Below are positions 24,239 through 33,727 of a DNA stretch of 64,000 nucleotides, one piece after another (the stretch's first letter is position 1; the number at the start of each line of letters is the position of its first letter). Made by a program: the position numbers and the translations under genes. The DNA comes from an uncultured Gammaproteobacteria bacterium (GTDB lineage Bacteria; Patescibacteriota; Patescibacteriia; Patescibacteriales; GWC2-42-12): contig CAYSKV010000001.1 of the NCBI GenBank assembly GCA_964431805.1, positions 61,698-125,697 of the forward strand, written 5' to 3'. The notes beneath the pieces are model-generated. The model ran no database searches, had not been told where the DNA came from, and saw only the letters and a list, made by a program, of their open reading frames with translations.

Positions 24239-25372
24239 ATGTTTAAAATAGTAAAAAAATCTAAAATTTCTAAAGCTAGACTCGGCATCATACAAACTCC
24301 ACACGGTAAAATTGAAACACCTATTTTTATGCCAGACGCCACTAGGGGAGTAATAAAGCATTTAAGCATTCAGGATTTAAATAATTTAGGTTTAGAATGT
24401 TTAGTGGCTAATACTTTCCATTTATTTTTACGCCCCGGCACTAAGTTAATTAAAAAAACTAAAGGCTTACATAATTTTATAAATTGGCAAAAACCGATTT
24501 TAACCGACAGCGGCGGCTATCAAGTTTTTTCTTTAATTCATAAAAACGGCTCGCAAGGTTTAATTAATGATAATGGAGCGATTTTTAAATCTCCGCTTGA
24601 TGGCGCTAAATTAAAAATGACGCCAGAACTATCCATCAAAACGCAGTTTGAATTAGGCGTTGATATGATAGTTTGCTTTGATGATTGTCCGCCTAATAAT
24701 TATAGCGATAAAATGATAACTATTGCCGTTGAACGAACGATAAAATGGGCAAAACGATGCAAGCATGAATACGATAAGCAAATTAAATTATTAAAAAATA
24801 AAAAAAACAAACCATTATTATTCGCGGTTATTCAAGGCGGAAATAATTTAAAACTAAGAAAATATTGTGCTGATGAACTTAATAAAATTGGTTTTGATGG
24901 TTTTGGTTTCGGCGCAAGACATATTGATGAATCAGGAAACTTTTTAACCGAAGCTTTAGAATATACCGCCGAACAAATTCCAGAAAATAAATTACGTTTT
25001 GGTTTAGGTATTGGCACGCCAGAAGATATTTTAAAATCCATTAAGCTAGGTTGGGATATGTTTGATTGCGTCATTCCGACAAGAGAAGGCAGGCACGGTA
25101 AACTTTTTTTAAAAAAAGGATTAATAAGTAAAAATAATAATAAGTTTTATAGCACCATAAATATCACCAATGCTAAATTCATTAAAGATTTTTCGCCAAT
25201 TAATAAAAATAGTAAATTAGTTGAATTACGACAATATTCTAAGGCTTACCTCAATTACTTATTTAAAATTAACGAACCGCTGGCTTTAAGATTGGCCAGC
25301 TTGAATAATCTTGAATTTTATCTTAATATTATAAATGAAGTTAAGGGTTTAATAAAACAAAATAAAATTTAA
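24239..25372 (+). CDS. tgt: Queuine tRNA-ribosyltransferase (tRNA-guanine transglycosylase) homologue
   Basis: ARLGIIQTPHGKIETPIFMPDAT, LTDSGGYQVFSL, GIGTPEDIL..GWDMFDCVIPTR. The zinc-ligand positions are substituted (see findings). Confidence 0.85.
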   Translation: MFKIVKKSKISKARLGIIQTPHGKIETPIFMPDATRGVIKHLSIQDLNNLGLECLVANTFHLFLRPGTKLIKKTKGLHNFINWQKPILTDSGGYQVFSLIHKNGSQGLINDNGAIFKSPLDGAKLKMTPELSIKTQFELGVDMIVCFDDCPPNNYSDKMITIAVERTIKWAKRCKHEYDKQIKLLKNKKNKPLLFAVIQGGNNLKLRKYCADELNKIGFDGFGFGARHIDESGNFLTEALEYTAEQIPENKLRFGLGIGTPEDILKSIKLGWDMFDCVIPTREGRHGKLFLKKGLISKNNNKFYSTINITNAKFIKDFSPINKNSKLVELRQYSKAYLNYLFKINEPLALRLASLNNLEFYLNIINEVKGLIKQNKI

Positions 25373-25442
25373 TATAAAATAATTTAATTTACAAATTAAA
25401 CTAATTAAATTAAAAAGAGGATTTAATTAGGCGCAAACATCT

Positions 25443-27857
25443 ATGGAAGAAAAAAAGATTATCCCCAAACATCAAGTGGTAACCACTAAAAGTTTGGACT
25501 TTATTATTGTCGGCACGATTTTTTTAGTATTTTTTCTCTGCCCATTATTTTTTACCGGCATGGTAGCTCAAAATATCGGCTTTGAAAAAATAATGTTATT
25601 TTATTTCCTAGTCTTATTAGGCGCGGTTGCCTGGGTGACTAAGGCCGTTGTCGTTGGCGAACTTAACATTAAAAGAACGCCGCTTGATTGGCCAATCGCC
25701 GGTCTTTTAATTATTTTTATCACTTCCACCGTTTTATCAATTAGCCAAAAAGATAGTTTATTAGGGACTTACGGTAATCAATCAAGAAGTCTAGCCGCTA
25801 TTTTAATCTTCGTGCTCTTTTATTATTTAGTAATAAATAATATTGACCAAAAAAGAATTAAATTATTATTTTGGGGAATAATCGGCTCTACTTCTTTAAT
25901 AACAATTTTTTCCCTTTTACAGCTTTTCGGAAAATTTATTCTACCGATCGCTTCTACTAAGGGCGCTAGTTTTAATCCTCTAGGATCTTTATCTGGCTTA
26001 ACTATGTATTTAGTTATGACTTTGCCGATATTAGTAATTGGTATGGCGCAACTAGCGGAAATTCATCCCGGCTTAACAAATAAAGTCGTTAAGATAGCTA
26101 CAAAAGTATTTTTAGGCGTAATGATTTTATTGTCGTTATTAGTTTTAACACTTCTTAATGGTTTTACGTTTTGGCCGGCGGCTATTGTTGGCATAGTCAT
26201 TGTTCTAATGTTTTTACTTTCAAAAATTATTAAAATTTCCAACTCAAACATTGTAATACCTATTGCCACCTTTTTACTTTTAATCATTCTTCTGGTTTTA
26301 GGAAATTTTAATATAATGAGTTTAAATTTGCCGGTTGAAGTAAGTTTGTCTAGACAAATTTCTTTTAATATTGCTAAAGCCAGTTTAAAAGATAATCCGT
26401 TATTAGGCTCAGGCCCGTCAACTTTTTATTATAGTTTTGATAAATACAAAAGCGCTGACTTTAATGCTTCACCTTTATGGAGCACAAAATTTAATAACGC
26501 TTCAGGTTATTTATTCGAAACAGCGGCCACGGTTGGCAGTTTAGGCGTTCTAGCAATTATAATTATAGCTTTAGTCGCTTTATCAATTTGCTTTTTAACT
26601 TTAATTAAAGTGCAAAAAAATGATACTCAATCAATCCTCTTGTCGTTATTTTCAAGTTTCATCATGGTTATCATTTTTGGTTTATTATTCTCAATTGATA
26701 ATTCGCTAGTTTTAATTTCAACTTTAATTTCGATTTTAGCTGTGTCAATGGCGATCGTTAATTACCCGGAGAAATTTAAAACTTTAAATTTGTCTTTTAG
26801 AGCCTCTCCTAAATATGCCTTAGCGCTAGCCGCTATTTTCTTAAGCTTAAGCGCCGGCGTAGTTATTTTATTTACTATGGGTTTAAAAATGTATTTAGCG
26901 GATTTTTATGTCATGCAATCAGTTAACGCTTCCGATATTAATCAAAAAATAGAAAAAATTAATAAAGCTATTACTTTAGCGCCTTATCAAGATATTTATT
27001 ATATTAATCTAGCTAACTACTATATGGCTTTAGCCAATCAGGAAGCTACCGGCGCTAAAAATCAAACTATAATAGAAAATAGCTTGGCCTCAGCGATTGA
27101 TATGGGTAAAAAAGCTTTAGCTTTATCACCTAATAGCACTAGCAATACTGAATCTATGGCTTTAATTTATGAAAATGCTTCTTTTTATGTTCAAGGAGCG
27201 CTAGAATGGGCGGAAAATTTATATAATAAATCCATAGAATTATCACCAGATAGTCCAATGCCTTATCTTAGAATGGCTTTAATAAATATGGCTCGAGCCA
27301 ATGCGGAAAAGGATAAAACTCAACAAGAATATTATATAAATGAAGCCATTAAAAAATATGATTTAGCTTTAGCTAAAAAATCAGATTTAAGCGCGGCTAA
27401 CTATGGCAAGGGTATAGCTTATGAAAAGTTAAATAATATAGAGGGCGCGATAGAAGAATTAAAAAAAGCGGTTATTTCGACCAATGACAATATTGACTAT
27501 CGATTTGAATTAGGTAGGCTTTATTTTAATCGTGGCGCCGCTAATCCTGGCATAGCTCAAACTGCGCCAGAAAATATAACCGAAGGCAGTGAAGCTAATC
27601 AAGACTTAAGCGTTTCTGGTCAAACCGGCGGCACAATTAAGAAAAATGATGATATAGCGACTGCTGAACAGCTATTTTTAAGTATTCTACAAGCTAATCC
27701 GAATCATGCTAACGCGCTTTATAGTCTAGCTATGATTTATCAGAAAACCGGAGAAACTGATAATGCTAAAGCAGTTGTTAAACAATTATTAACAGTAGTG
27801 GCCTCAGATCAGGCGTCGGTTGATATTGTTAAAAAACAATTTTCTGGATTATATTAA
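25443..27857 (+). CDS. O-antigen ligase/polymerase-like polytopic membrane protein with C-terminal TPR repeats
   Basis: More than 10 hydrophobic helices over ~480 aa, then TPR-like repeats (ANALYSLAMIYQKTGETDNAKAV). Confidence 0.65.
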   Translation: MEEKKIIPKHQVVTTKSLDFIIVGTIFLVFFLCPLFFTGMVAQNIGFEKIMLFYFLVLLGAVAWVTKAVVVGELNIKRTPLDWPIAGLLIIFITSTVLSISQKDSLLGTYGNQSRSLAAILIFVLFYYLVINNIDQKRIKLLFWGIIGSTSLITIFSLLQLFGKFILPIASTKGASFNPLGSLSGLTMYLVMTLPILVIGMAQLAEIHPGLTNKVVKIATKVFLGVMILLSLLVLTLLNGFTFWPAAIVGIVIVLMFLLSKIIKISNSNIVIPIATFLLLIILLVLGNFNIMSLNLPVEVSLSRQISFNIAKASLKDNPLLGSGPSTFYYSFDKYKSADFNASPLWSTKFNNASGYLFETAATVGSLGVLAIIIIALVALSICFLTLIKVQKNDTQSILLSLFSSFIMVIIFGLLFSIDNSLVLISTLISILAVSMAIVNYPEKFKTLNLSFRASPKYALALAAIFLSLSAGVVILFTMGLKMYLADFYVMQSVNASDINQKIEKINKAITLAPYQDIYYINLANYYMALANQEATGAKNQTIIENSLASAIDMGKKALALSPNSTSNTESMALIYENASFYVQGALEWAENLYNKSIELSPDSPMPYLRMALINMARANAEKDKTQQEYYINEAIKKYDLALAKKSDLSAANYGKGIAYEKLNNIEGAIEELKKAVISTNDNIDYRFELGRLYFNRGAANPGIAQTAPENITEGSEANQDLSVSGQTGGTIKKNDDIATAEQLFLSILQANPNHANALYSLAMIYQKTGETDNAKAVVKQLLTVVASDQASVDIVKKQFSGLY

Positions 27858-27878
27858 TTAGATAATAAATTATAAAAA

Positions 27879-27910
27879 AGCTGGACTTCGCGGTTCAGCT
27901 TTTTTGTTTT
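27879..27910 (+). terminator. Rho-independent terminator
   Basis: AGCTGGA..TTCAGCT stem (one G:U pair) followed by TTTTTTGTTTTTTT. Confidence 0.7.
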
Positions 27911-27953
27911 TTTAAATTTGCTTTTTTGTTTTTTTTATACTATAAATTAAATT

Positions 27954-29033
27954 ATGGTTAAAATAAAAACTAAAAAAATTGTCGTAGCTATGTCTGGGGG
28001 CGTTGATTCGTCAGTCGCGGCAAAATTATTAAAAGACCAAGGACATGAAGTCGTCGGTATTTTTTTACATTTTTGGAAAGAACTAGGGGATAATGGCAAT
28101 TTTGAGAATAAATGTTGTTCGGCTGAAGCTTTATTAGACGCTCGTAGGGTAGCGACTAAAATTGGCATACCGCTTTATACTTTAAATTTTGCAAAAATAT
28201 TTAAAAAGCAAATAGTCAATAATTTTTTAGATGAATATAAAAAAGGTAAAACGCCAAATCCTTGCGTTAGATGCAATAAATTAGTTAAACTAGGCTTTTT
28301 AATAAAACAAGCTAAAAAATTAGGTTTTGATTTTGTGGCGAGCGGTCATTATGTTAATTTAAAAGAAAAAAATAAAAAATTTATTATGCGGGCGGCTAAA
28401 GATAAAACTAAAGATCAGTCATATTTTTTATATACTTTTAATCAAAAAGAATTGGCTCATTTATTATTTCCTTTAGGCGGCTACACTAAAAAACAAGTTA
28501 GACAATTAGCAAAAAAATTTAAGTTGCCAGTGGCTGAAAAAAAGGAAAGCCAGGAAATTTGTTTTATCCCTGATAAAAATCACAATGAATTTTTAAAACG
28601 ACATATAAAGCTAACTCCTGGAAAAATAAAAACCATAAATGGAAAAATTGTCGGTTCACATTTTGGTTTACCGCTTTATACAATCGGACAAAGAAAGGGG
28701 ATAGAAATTGGCGGCACCGGCCCTTATTACGCGGCTAAAATGGATTATAAAAAAAATATTTTGTATGTTGTTAACGACGGTAATGATAAAATTTTGTATA
28801 GCAATAAATTAATTGCTAAAAATGTGAATTGGCTTTTAGGTGATGAGCCAAAATTTCCACTAAAATGCCAGTCAGTAATACGTTATCGACATAAACCAGC
28901 AGAATGCGTAATTACCAAAAGTAAAACTAATTATCAGGTTAAATTTAAAGAACCGCAAAGGGCTGTCACGCCCGGGCAAAGCGTGGTATTCTATAAGAAA
29001 GACGAGGTGTTGGGTGGTGGCATTATAATTTAG
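27954..29033 (+). CDS. mnmA: tRNA 2-thiouridine(34) synthase MnmA
   Basis: PP-loop VAMSGGVDSSVAA; catalytic cysteine contexts PNPCVRCN and QEICFI. Confidence 0.92.
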   Translation: MVKIKTKKIVVAMSGGVDSSVAAKLLKDQGHEVVGIFLHFWKELGDNGNFENKCCSAEALLDARRVATKIGIPLYTLNFAKIFKKQIVNNFLDEYKKGKTPNPCVRCNKLVKLGFLIKQAKKLGFDFVASGHYVNLKEKNKKFIMRAAKDKTKDQSYFLYTFNQKELAHLLFPLGGYTKKQVRQLAKKFKLPVAEKKESQEICFIPDKNHNEFLKRHIKLTPGKIKTINGKIVGSHFGLPLYTIGQRKGIEIGGTGPYYAAKMDYKKNILYVVNDGNDKILYSNKLIAKNVNWLLGDEPKFPLKCQSVIRYRHKPAECVITKSKTNYQVKFKEPQRAVTPGQSVVFYKKDEVLGGGIII

Positions 29034-29034
29034 T

Positions 29035-29063
29035 TTGACGAAAACTAAAATTAATAATATATT
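29035..29063 (+). promoter_or_regulatory. Promoter TTGACG-17 nt-TATATT
   Basis: Upstream of the receiver-domain gene. Confidence 0.45.
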
Positions 29064-29126
29064 TATTAGTTCCTTGTAGTGTGATAAAAAATAAAAATAA
29101 ATTATTTTTTCTGGAGGAGGGGTAGA

Positions 29127-29525
29127 ATGAAAAAAATTATTTTAGCTGTTGATGATAACGGAAACGATCAAGAATTGCTAGAGTTGCATTTGGAATATTC
29201 TTTTAGAAAATGCTCATTCTCGAAAAAAAATATGCCGTTGGTTATAATAGCAAAAGACGGTGAGGAGGCGTGGAATATTCTCACCGAAGAAAAAGTTACA
29301 CCGCACGTAATGATAGTTGACTATAAAATGCCAAAAATTGACGGGATTGAACTGATAAAAAAAATCACGAAAGAACTTGTAATTCATCCAATGTTCGTGA
29401 TTCACAGTGACCACGGTTTGGCAGAGGATGAAGCCAAAAAAATAAATTGCAGATTTATACCAAAAGGAGAGAGAAATAAATTTTTTCAACTAACCGAAGA
29501 AATTGGTCTTTTTAGCCCTCTTTAA
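29127..29525 (+). CDS. Stand-alone response regulator receiver domain (CheY-like)
   Basis: Acidic pocket VDDNG, phospho-acceptor D in MIVDYKMP, conserved K in FIPKG. Strong SD GGAGGAGGGG at 29113-29122. No output domain and no kinase nearby. Confidence 0.8.
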   Translation: MKKIILAVDDNGNDQELLELHLEYSFRKCSFSKKNMPLVIIAKDGEEAWNILTEEKVTPHVMIVDYKMPKIDGIELIKKITKELVIHPMFVIHSDHGLAEDEAKKINCRFIPKGERNKFFQLTEEIGLFSPL

Positions 29526-29547
29526 CGGTTAATAACTGTACTATTTT

Positions 29548-29577
29548 AAGCGCTTAAATTATTAAGCGCTTTTTTTA
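29548..29577 (+). terminator. Rho-independent terminator
   Basis: AAGCGCTTAA-ATTA-TTAAGCGCTT (10-bp stem) followed by TTTTTT. Confidence 0.8.
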
Positions 29578-29616
29578 TTTGCCAAAATTAAACATTTTTT
29601 ATATACTAAAAACATT

Positions 29617-31398
29617 ATGACTTCTAACGAACTACGACAAAAATATTTAGATTTTTTTAAAGAGCGTGGGCATGCAATTATCCCGAGCGCTTCTTTAATT
29701 CCTGATAATGACCCAACAGTTTTATTTACTACGGCCGGTATGCACCCCTTAGTACCTTATTTAATGGGCGAAAAGCATCCGTCTGGAGCTCGTTTAACTG
29801 ACGCGCAAAAATGTATTCGTACTAGCGATATTGATGAAGTTGGCGATTCAACGCACCATACTTTTTTTGAAATGCTTGGTAATTGGTCGCTAGGCGATTA
29901 TTTTAAAGAAGAAGCTATAAAGATGAGCTGGGAATTTTTAACTTCGCCTAAGTGGTTAAATCTTGATAAAAATCGTTTGGCGGTTTCGGTTTTTGCCGGA
30001 GATGATGATGCGCCGTTTGATCAAGAAGCTTTTGATATCTGGAAAAAATTAGGTATGCCAGAAGAACGCATTGCAAAATTACCTAAAAAAAATAATTGGT
30101 GGGGGCCGGCCGGAATAACTGGGCCATGCGGACCAGACACAGAAATGTTTTATTGGGTAGGCGATCCTGAAAAAGTGCCAACCAGTTTTAATGATGATAA
30201 TTCGCTTTGGGTAGAAATTTGGAATGATGTTTTTATGCAATACAACAAAACAACGGACGGAACCTACGAGCCATTAAAGCAAAAAAATGTTGACACTGGC
30301 ATGGGGCTAGAAAGAGTTTTAACTGTTATAAACGGTTTTGATGATAATTATAAAACTGAATTATTTAAAAATTTAATTTTCAGAATAGAAAATTTATCAG
30401 GCAAAAATTATGACGATTCGCCGGAAATAAAAAAGGCTATGCGCATTATTGCCGACCATCTAAAAGCCGCGACTTTTATTATGGGTGACGATAAGGGAAT
30501 TGGACCGTCTAACACTGATCGAGGCTACATTGTCCGCCGTTTAATTAGACGCGCCATAAGATATGGTCGCCAATTAGGCATCGCTGAATCGCCATGGACT
30601 AAAGAAATCGCTAAAATTGTTGCCCATGATTACGCGAATGTTTATCCAGAATTACAAAAAAATATAAATAGAATAATTGATCAATTTAAAGAAGAAGAAA
30701 TAAAATTTGGAAAAACATTAGAGCAAGGTTTAAAAGAATTTGAAAAATTAAGTGGCCAAAAACAAATCACGGGCAAACAAGCTTTTGATTTATATCAAAC
30801 CTATGGTTTTCCACTTGAAATTACAGAAGAATTGGCTTCAGAAAAAAAACAGGCTGTTGATAAGTTTGAATTTAAAAATGAGTTAAAAAAACACCAAAAC
30901 CTTTCCCGCACGGCTTCAGCCGGAATGTTTAAGGGCGGATTAGCCGACGCGAGCGAAGCTACGATTAAATATCATACAACCGCCCATTTATTACTCGCGG
31001 CTTTAAGAAAAGTTTTGGGCGATCATGTTATTCAAAAGGGAAGTAATATTACAGCCGAACGCTTACGCTTTGATTTCGCGCATCAAGAAAAAATGACTGA
31101 TGAGGAAAAGCAAAAAGTTGAAGATATGGTAAACCAGGCAATAAAAGATAAATTAAATGTCAGATGCGAAGAAATGACTCTTGATGAAGCTAGAGAGAAA
31201 GGTGCTCATGGAATTTTTGACGCTAAATATGGAGAAAAAGTAAGTATTTATACAATCGGCGATGAAAAATTATATTTCAGTAAAGAAATTTGTGGTGGTC
31301 CACATGTTAAAAATACTGCAGAGTTAGGACAATTTAAAATACAAAAGGAAGAAAGCTCAAGCTCAGGAGTAAGAAGAGTTAAGGCGATTTTACAATAA
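29617..31398 (+). CDS. alaS: Alanine--tRNA ligase, short form lacking the C-Ala domain
   Basis: FTTAGMHPLVPY, HHTFFEMLGNWS, editing-domain HTTAHLL and CGGPH. Only 593 aa. Confidence 0.9.
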   Translation: MTSNELRQKYLDFFKERGHAIIPSASLIPDNDPTVLFTTAGMHPLVPYLMGEKHPSGARLTDAQKCIRTSDIDEVGDSTHHTFFEMLGNWSLGDYFKEEAIKMSWEFLTSPKWLNLDKNRLAVSVFAGDDDAPFDQEAFDIWKKLGMPEERIAKLPKKNNWWGPAGITGPCGPDTEMFYWVGDPEKVPTSFNDDNSLWVEIWNDVFMQYNKTTDGTYEPLKQKNVDTGMGLERVLTVINGFDDNYKTELFKNLIFRIENLSGKNYDDSPEIKKAMRIIADHLKAATFIMGDDKGIGPSNTDRGYIVRRLIRRAIRYGRQLGIAESPWTKEIAKIVAHDYANVYPELQKNINRIIDQFKEEEIKFGKTLEQGLKEFEKLSGQKQITGKQAFDLYQTYGFPLEITEELASEKKQAVDKFEFKNELKKHQNLSRTASAGMFKGGLADASEATIKYHTTAHLLLAALRKVLGDHVIQKGSNITAERLRFDFAHQEKMTDEEKQKVEDMVNQAIKDKLNVRCEEMTLDEAREKGAHGIFDAKYGEKVSIYTIGDEKLYFSKEICGGPHVKNTAELGQFKIQKEESSSSGVRRVKAILQ

Positions 31399-31464
31399 AA
31401 TTTAGCTAATATTAAATTAAATATTGAAAAAAATCACTAAATTTAATTTTAAGATAGATAACTC

Positions 31465-31493
31465 TTGACAGCTACATAAATAAACTATATAAT
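31465..31493 (+). promoter_or_regulatory. Consensus sigma-70-type promoter TTGACA-17 nt-TATAAT
   Basis: TTGACA 31465-31470 and TATAAT 31488-31493, upstream of the infA / ribosomal protein cluster. Confidence 0.7.
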
Positions 31494-31588
31494 TATTTTA
31501 CAGTAAATAAACAGTAAATAAAGTTTTGGCATCTCGCCTAGGGCGAGTAATTTTTTGCCAAAGCTATTTTTGTTTTAAAACGTATTTA

Positions 31589-31828
31589 ATGCAAGAACAA
31601 AGCAACAAAACAATTAGTTCCAAAGATTTTATTGAAATGCAGGGCGAGGTAGTAGAATTAATGCCGGCCGCCAGTTTTAAAGTTATGCTGGAAAACGGCC
31701 ATGAGATTTTAACGCATCTTTCCGGTAAAATGAGAATGAATAAAATTAGACTTTTGCCAGGAGATAAAGTTAAAGTTCAAATCAGCCCTTACGATTTAAC
31801 TAAAGGCAGAATAACTTACAGGCTCTAA
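31589..31828 (+). CDS. infA: Translation initiation factor IF-1
   Basis: S1-like OB sequence [67 protein letters not shown] 31589 is preferred to the TTG-extended ORF start 31526. Confidence 0.9.
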   Translation: MQEQSNKTISSKDFIEMQGEVVELMPAASFKVMLENGHEILTHLSGKMRMNKIRLLPGDKVKVQISPYDLTKGRITYRL

Positions 31829-31955
31829 AAAGCTTTAAAGACTTTTTCAAAAAAAGTTTTTAATATTTTCAAAAATATAACGTATCAATTTAAAATTTAA
31901 TAGCGAGTAGAACTCTACGGCCATTAAATTTTAAATTGATACAATAAAGATAATT
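31829..31955 (+). repeat. Two-hairpin intergenic module, copy E
   Basis: Hairpin 1: TTAAAGACTTTTT / AAAAAGTTTTTAA. Hairpin 2 (31882-31942) has a perfect 20-bp stem GTATCAATTTAAAATTTAAT and loop AGCGAGTAGAACTCTACGGCC. Confidence 0.9.
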
Positions 31956-32069
31956 ATGAAAGTAAGAAGCAGCGTAAAAAAAATTTGTAAAGATTGTAAA
32001 ATAATTAGACGCAACGGTCGAGTATGCGTTATTTGTAAAACCCCAAAACATAAACAGAGACAAGGTTAA
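31956..32069 (+). CDS. rpmJ: 50S ribosomal protein L36
   Basis: Hand translation gives [37 protein letters not shown] (37 aa). It is below the ORF-track length cut-off and sits in the canonical infA-rpmJ-rpsM position. Confidence 0.92.
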   Translation: MKVRSSVKKICKDCKIIRRNGRVCVICKTPKHKQRQG

Positions 32070-32087
32070 TTTTAATAATTTCATTTT

Positions 32088-32480
32088 ATGTCTATAAGAA
32101 TTGCAGGCGTAACTATACCAAACGAAAAAAGAGTTGAAATCGCTTTAACTTATATTTATGGCATTGGTAATTCAAAATCCAAAGCCATTTTAAAATTGGC
32201 AAAAATTGACCCTAATATTAGAGTTAAGGATTTAGATGATGAGCAGGCAAATAAATTAAGAAGTTTAATTGAAAAATATAATAAAGTTGAAGGTGATTTA
32301 AAACGGGACGTTTTTGCTAATATAAAAAGATTAAAAGAAATAAATAGTTATCGCGGTTCTAGACATGCTAAAGGTTTACCATGCAGAGGCCAACGCACTA
32401 AAACTAATAATCGCACAGTTCGCGGCAATGTTAGAAAAACCGCTACTTCCGGCAAAAAACCAGCCGCGCAAAAAACTTAA
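32088..32480 (+). CDS. rpsM: 30S ribosomal protein S13
   Basis: [45 protein letters not shown]. Confidence 0.95.
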   Translation: MSIRIAGVTIPNEKRVEIALTYIYGIGNSKSKAILKLAKIDPNIRVKDLDDEQANKLRSLIEKYNKVEGDLKRDVFANIKRLKEINSYRGSRHAKGLPCRGQRTKTNNRTVRGNVRKTATSGKKPAAQKT

Positions 32481-32507
32481 AATTAAAGTAAAAGAACGAT
32501 ATTATAT

Positions 32508-33065
32508 ATGACAGAAGAAAAAAAACAACAAGATAACGAAATAAAAGAGGAAGAAAAAATACAATCCATAACTGAAATGGATGAGCCGATTGTTAACACC
32601 GGCAATCCTTTAAATATGGCCGAGGAATTACCAGAAGAAATTAGAAAAAAATTAGAAAAAAGCAAAGAAGATAGAAAAACTAACAAGAAAAAAGGGCGAA
32701 AAAAGAAAGTTGATAAAAAGGTCCCGGTAGGCGTTGCTCACGTTAAAGCGACTTATAATAATACAATCGTTGCTTTATCAGATCTAAGCGGCAATATTAT
32801 ATCATGGGCTTCAGCTGGTATGGCTGGTTTCAAGGGGCCAAAAAAATCAACTCCTTATGCCGCTCAGATAATTACTAGAATCGCCGTGGAAAAAGCTAAA
32901 GAATTTGGCTTAAATGAAGTAAGCGTTATGGTAAAAGGCGTGGGTACTGGCCGCGAGTCAGCGATCAGGGCTTTAAATGCTAACGGTTTAATTATTACTT
33001 CAATTAAAGATATTACACCTATACCTCATAATGGTTGTAGGCCTAAAAAACCAAGAAGAGTATAA
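32508..33065 (+). CDS. rpsK: 30S ribosomal protein S11 with charged N-terminal extension
   Basis: Core [37 protein letters not shown]. About 55 extra N-terminal residues if ATG 32508 is used; internal Met codons are possible alternative starts. Confidence 0.9.
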   Translation: MTEEKKQQDNEIKEEEKIQSITEMDEPIVNTGNPLNMAEELPEEIRKKLEKSKEDRKTNKKKGRKKKVDKKVPVGVAHVKATYNNTIVALSDLSGNIISWASAGMAGFKGPKKSTPYAAQIITRIAVEKAKEFGLNEVSVMVKGVGTGRESAIRALNANGLIITSIKDITPIPHNGCRPKKPRRV

Positions 33066-33076
33066 AATAAATAAAT

Positions 33077-33706
33077 ATGGCAAAATACATAGGAGCAAAA
33101 TGCAAATTGTGCCGCAGAGAAGGTGATAAATTAATGTTAAAAGGGGAAAGATGCAGTACGGCTAAATGCGCGATAGTTAAAAGAAACTATCCGCCTGGTC
33201 TTCATGGTCCAAAAGGACGAGCCAGACAAAGCGGCTACAACATGCAATTAAGGGAAAAGCAAAAAGCTAAGAGAATTTATAATTTAATGGAAAAGCAATT
33301 TGCTTTAAGTTTTTCCAAAGCGATTAAGCAAAAAGGCGAAGCTGGAGAAAATTTAATGAAAATATTGGAAACCAGACTAGATAATGTTATTTATCGTTTA
33401 GGTTTTGCCACTTCAAGAGCAGAGGCTAGAGTTTTAACTAATCATGGTCATTTTACGGTTAATGATGTTAAAGTAAATATTCCTTCATTCAACGTAAAAA
33501 CTGGCGATATTATAAAAATTAAGAAAGCGAGCCGCACTAGCAAAAAGTTTGCTAATTTGCCGGAAAAACTTAAAAAAGTAGAAATTCCTGGCTGGCTTAA
33601 CCTTGATGTTAAAGATTTAAGCGCTAAAGTTTTAGGTCAACCGACTAAAGAAAATTTTGAATCAAAAATTAACAGCCAAATGATTGTTGAATTCTATTCT
33701 AAATAA
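33077..33706 (+). CDS. rpsD: 30S ribosomal protein S4
   Basis: MAKYIGAKCKLCRREG..; S4 RNA-binding domain LDNVIYRLGFATSRAEARVLTNHGHFTVN. Confidence 0.95.
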   Translation: MAKYIGAKCKLCRREGDKLMLKGERCSTAKCAIVKRNYPPGLHGPKGRARQSGYNMQLREKQKAKRIYNLMEKQFALSFSKAIKQKGEAGENLMKILETRLDNVIYRLGFATSRAEARVLTNHGHFTVNDVKVNIPSFNVKTGDIIKIKKASRTSKKFANLPEKLKKVEIPGWLNLDVKDLSAKVLGQPTKENFESKINSQMIVEFYSK

Positions 33707-33727
33707 TAATATTTTAAAATAAACAAT

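Noticed and set aside
31890-32084. 64-aa minus-strand ORF (..[16 protein letters not shown]).
   Set aside because: It is antisense to rpmJ and to repeat copy E. The real gene here is the 37-codon rpmJ on the plus strand.
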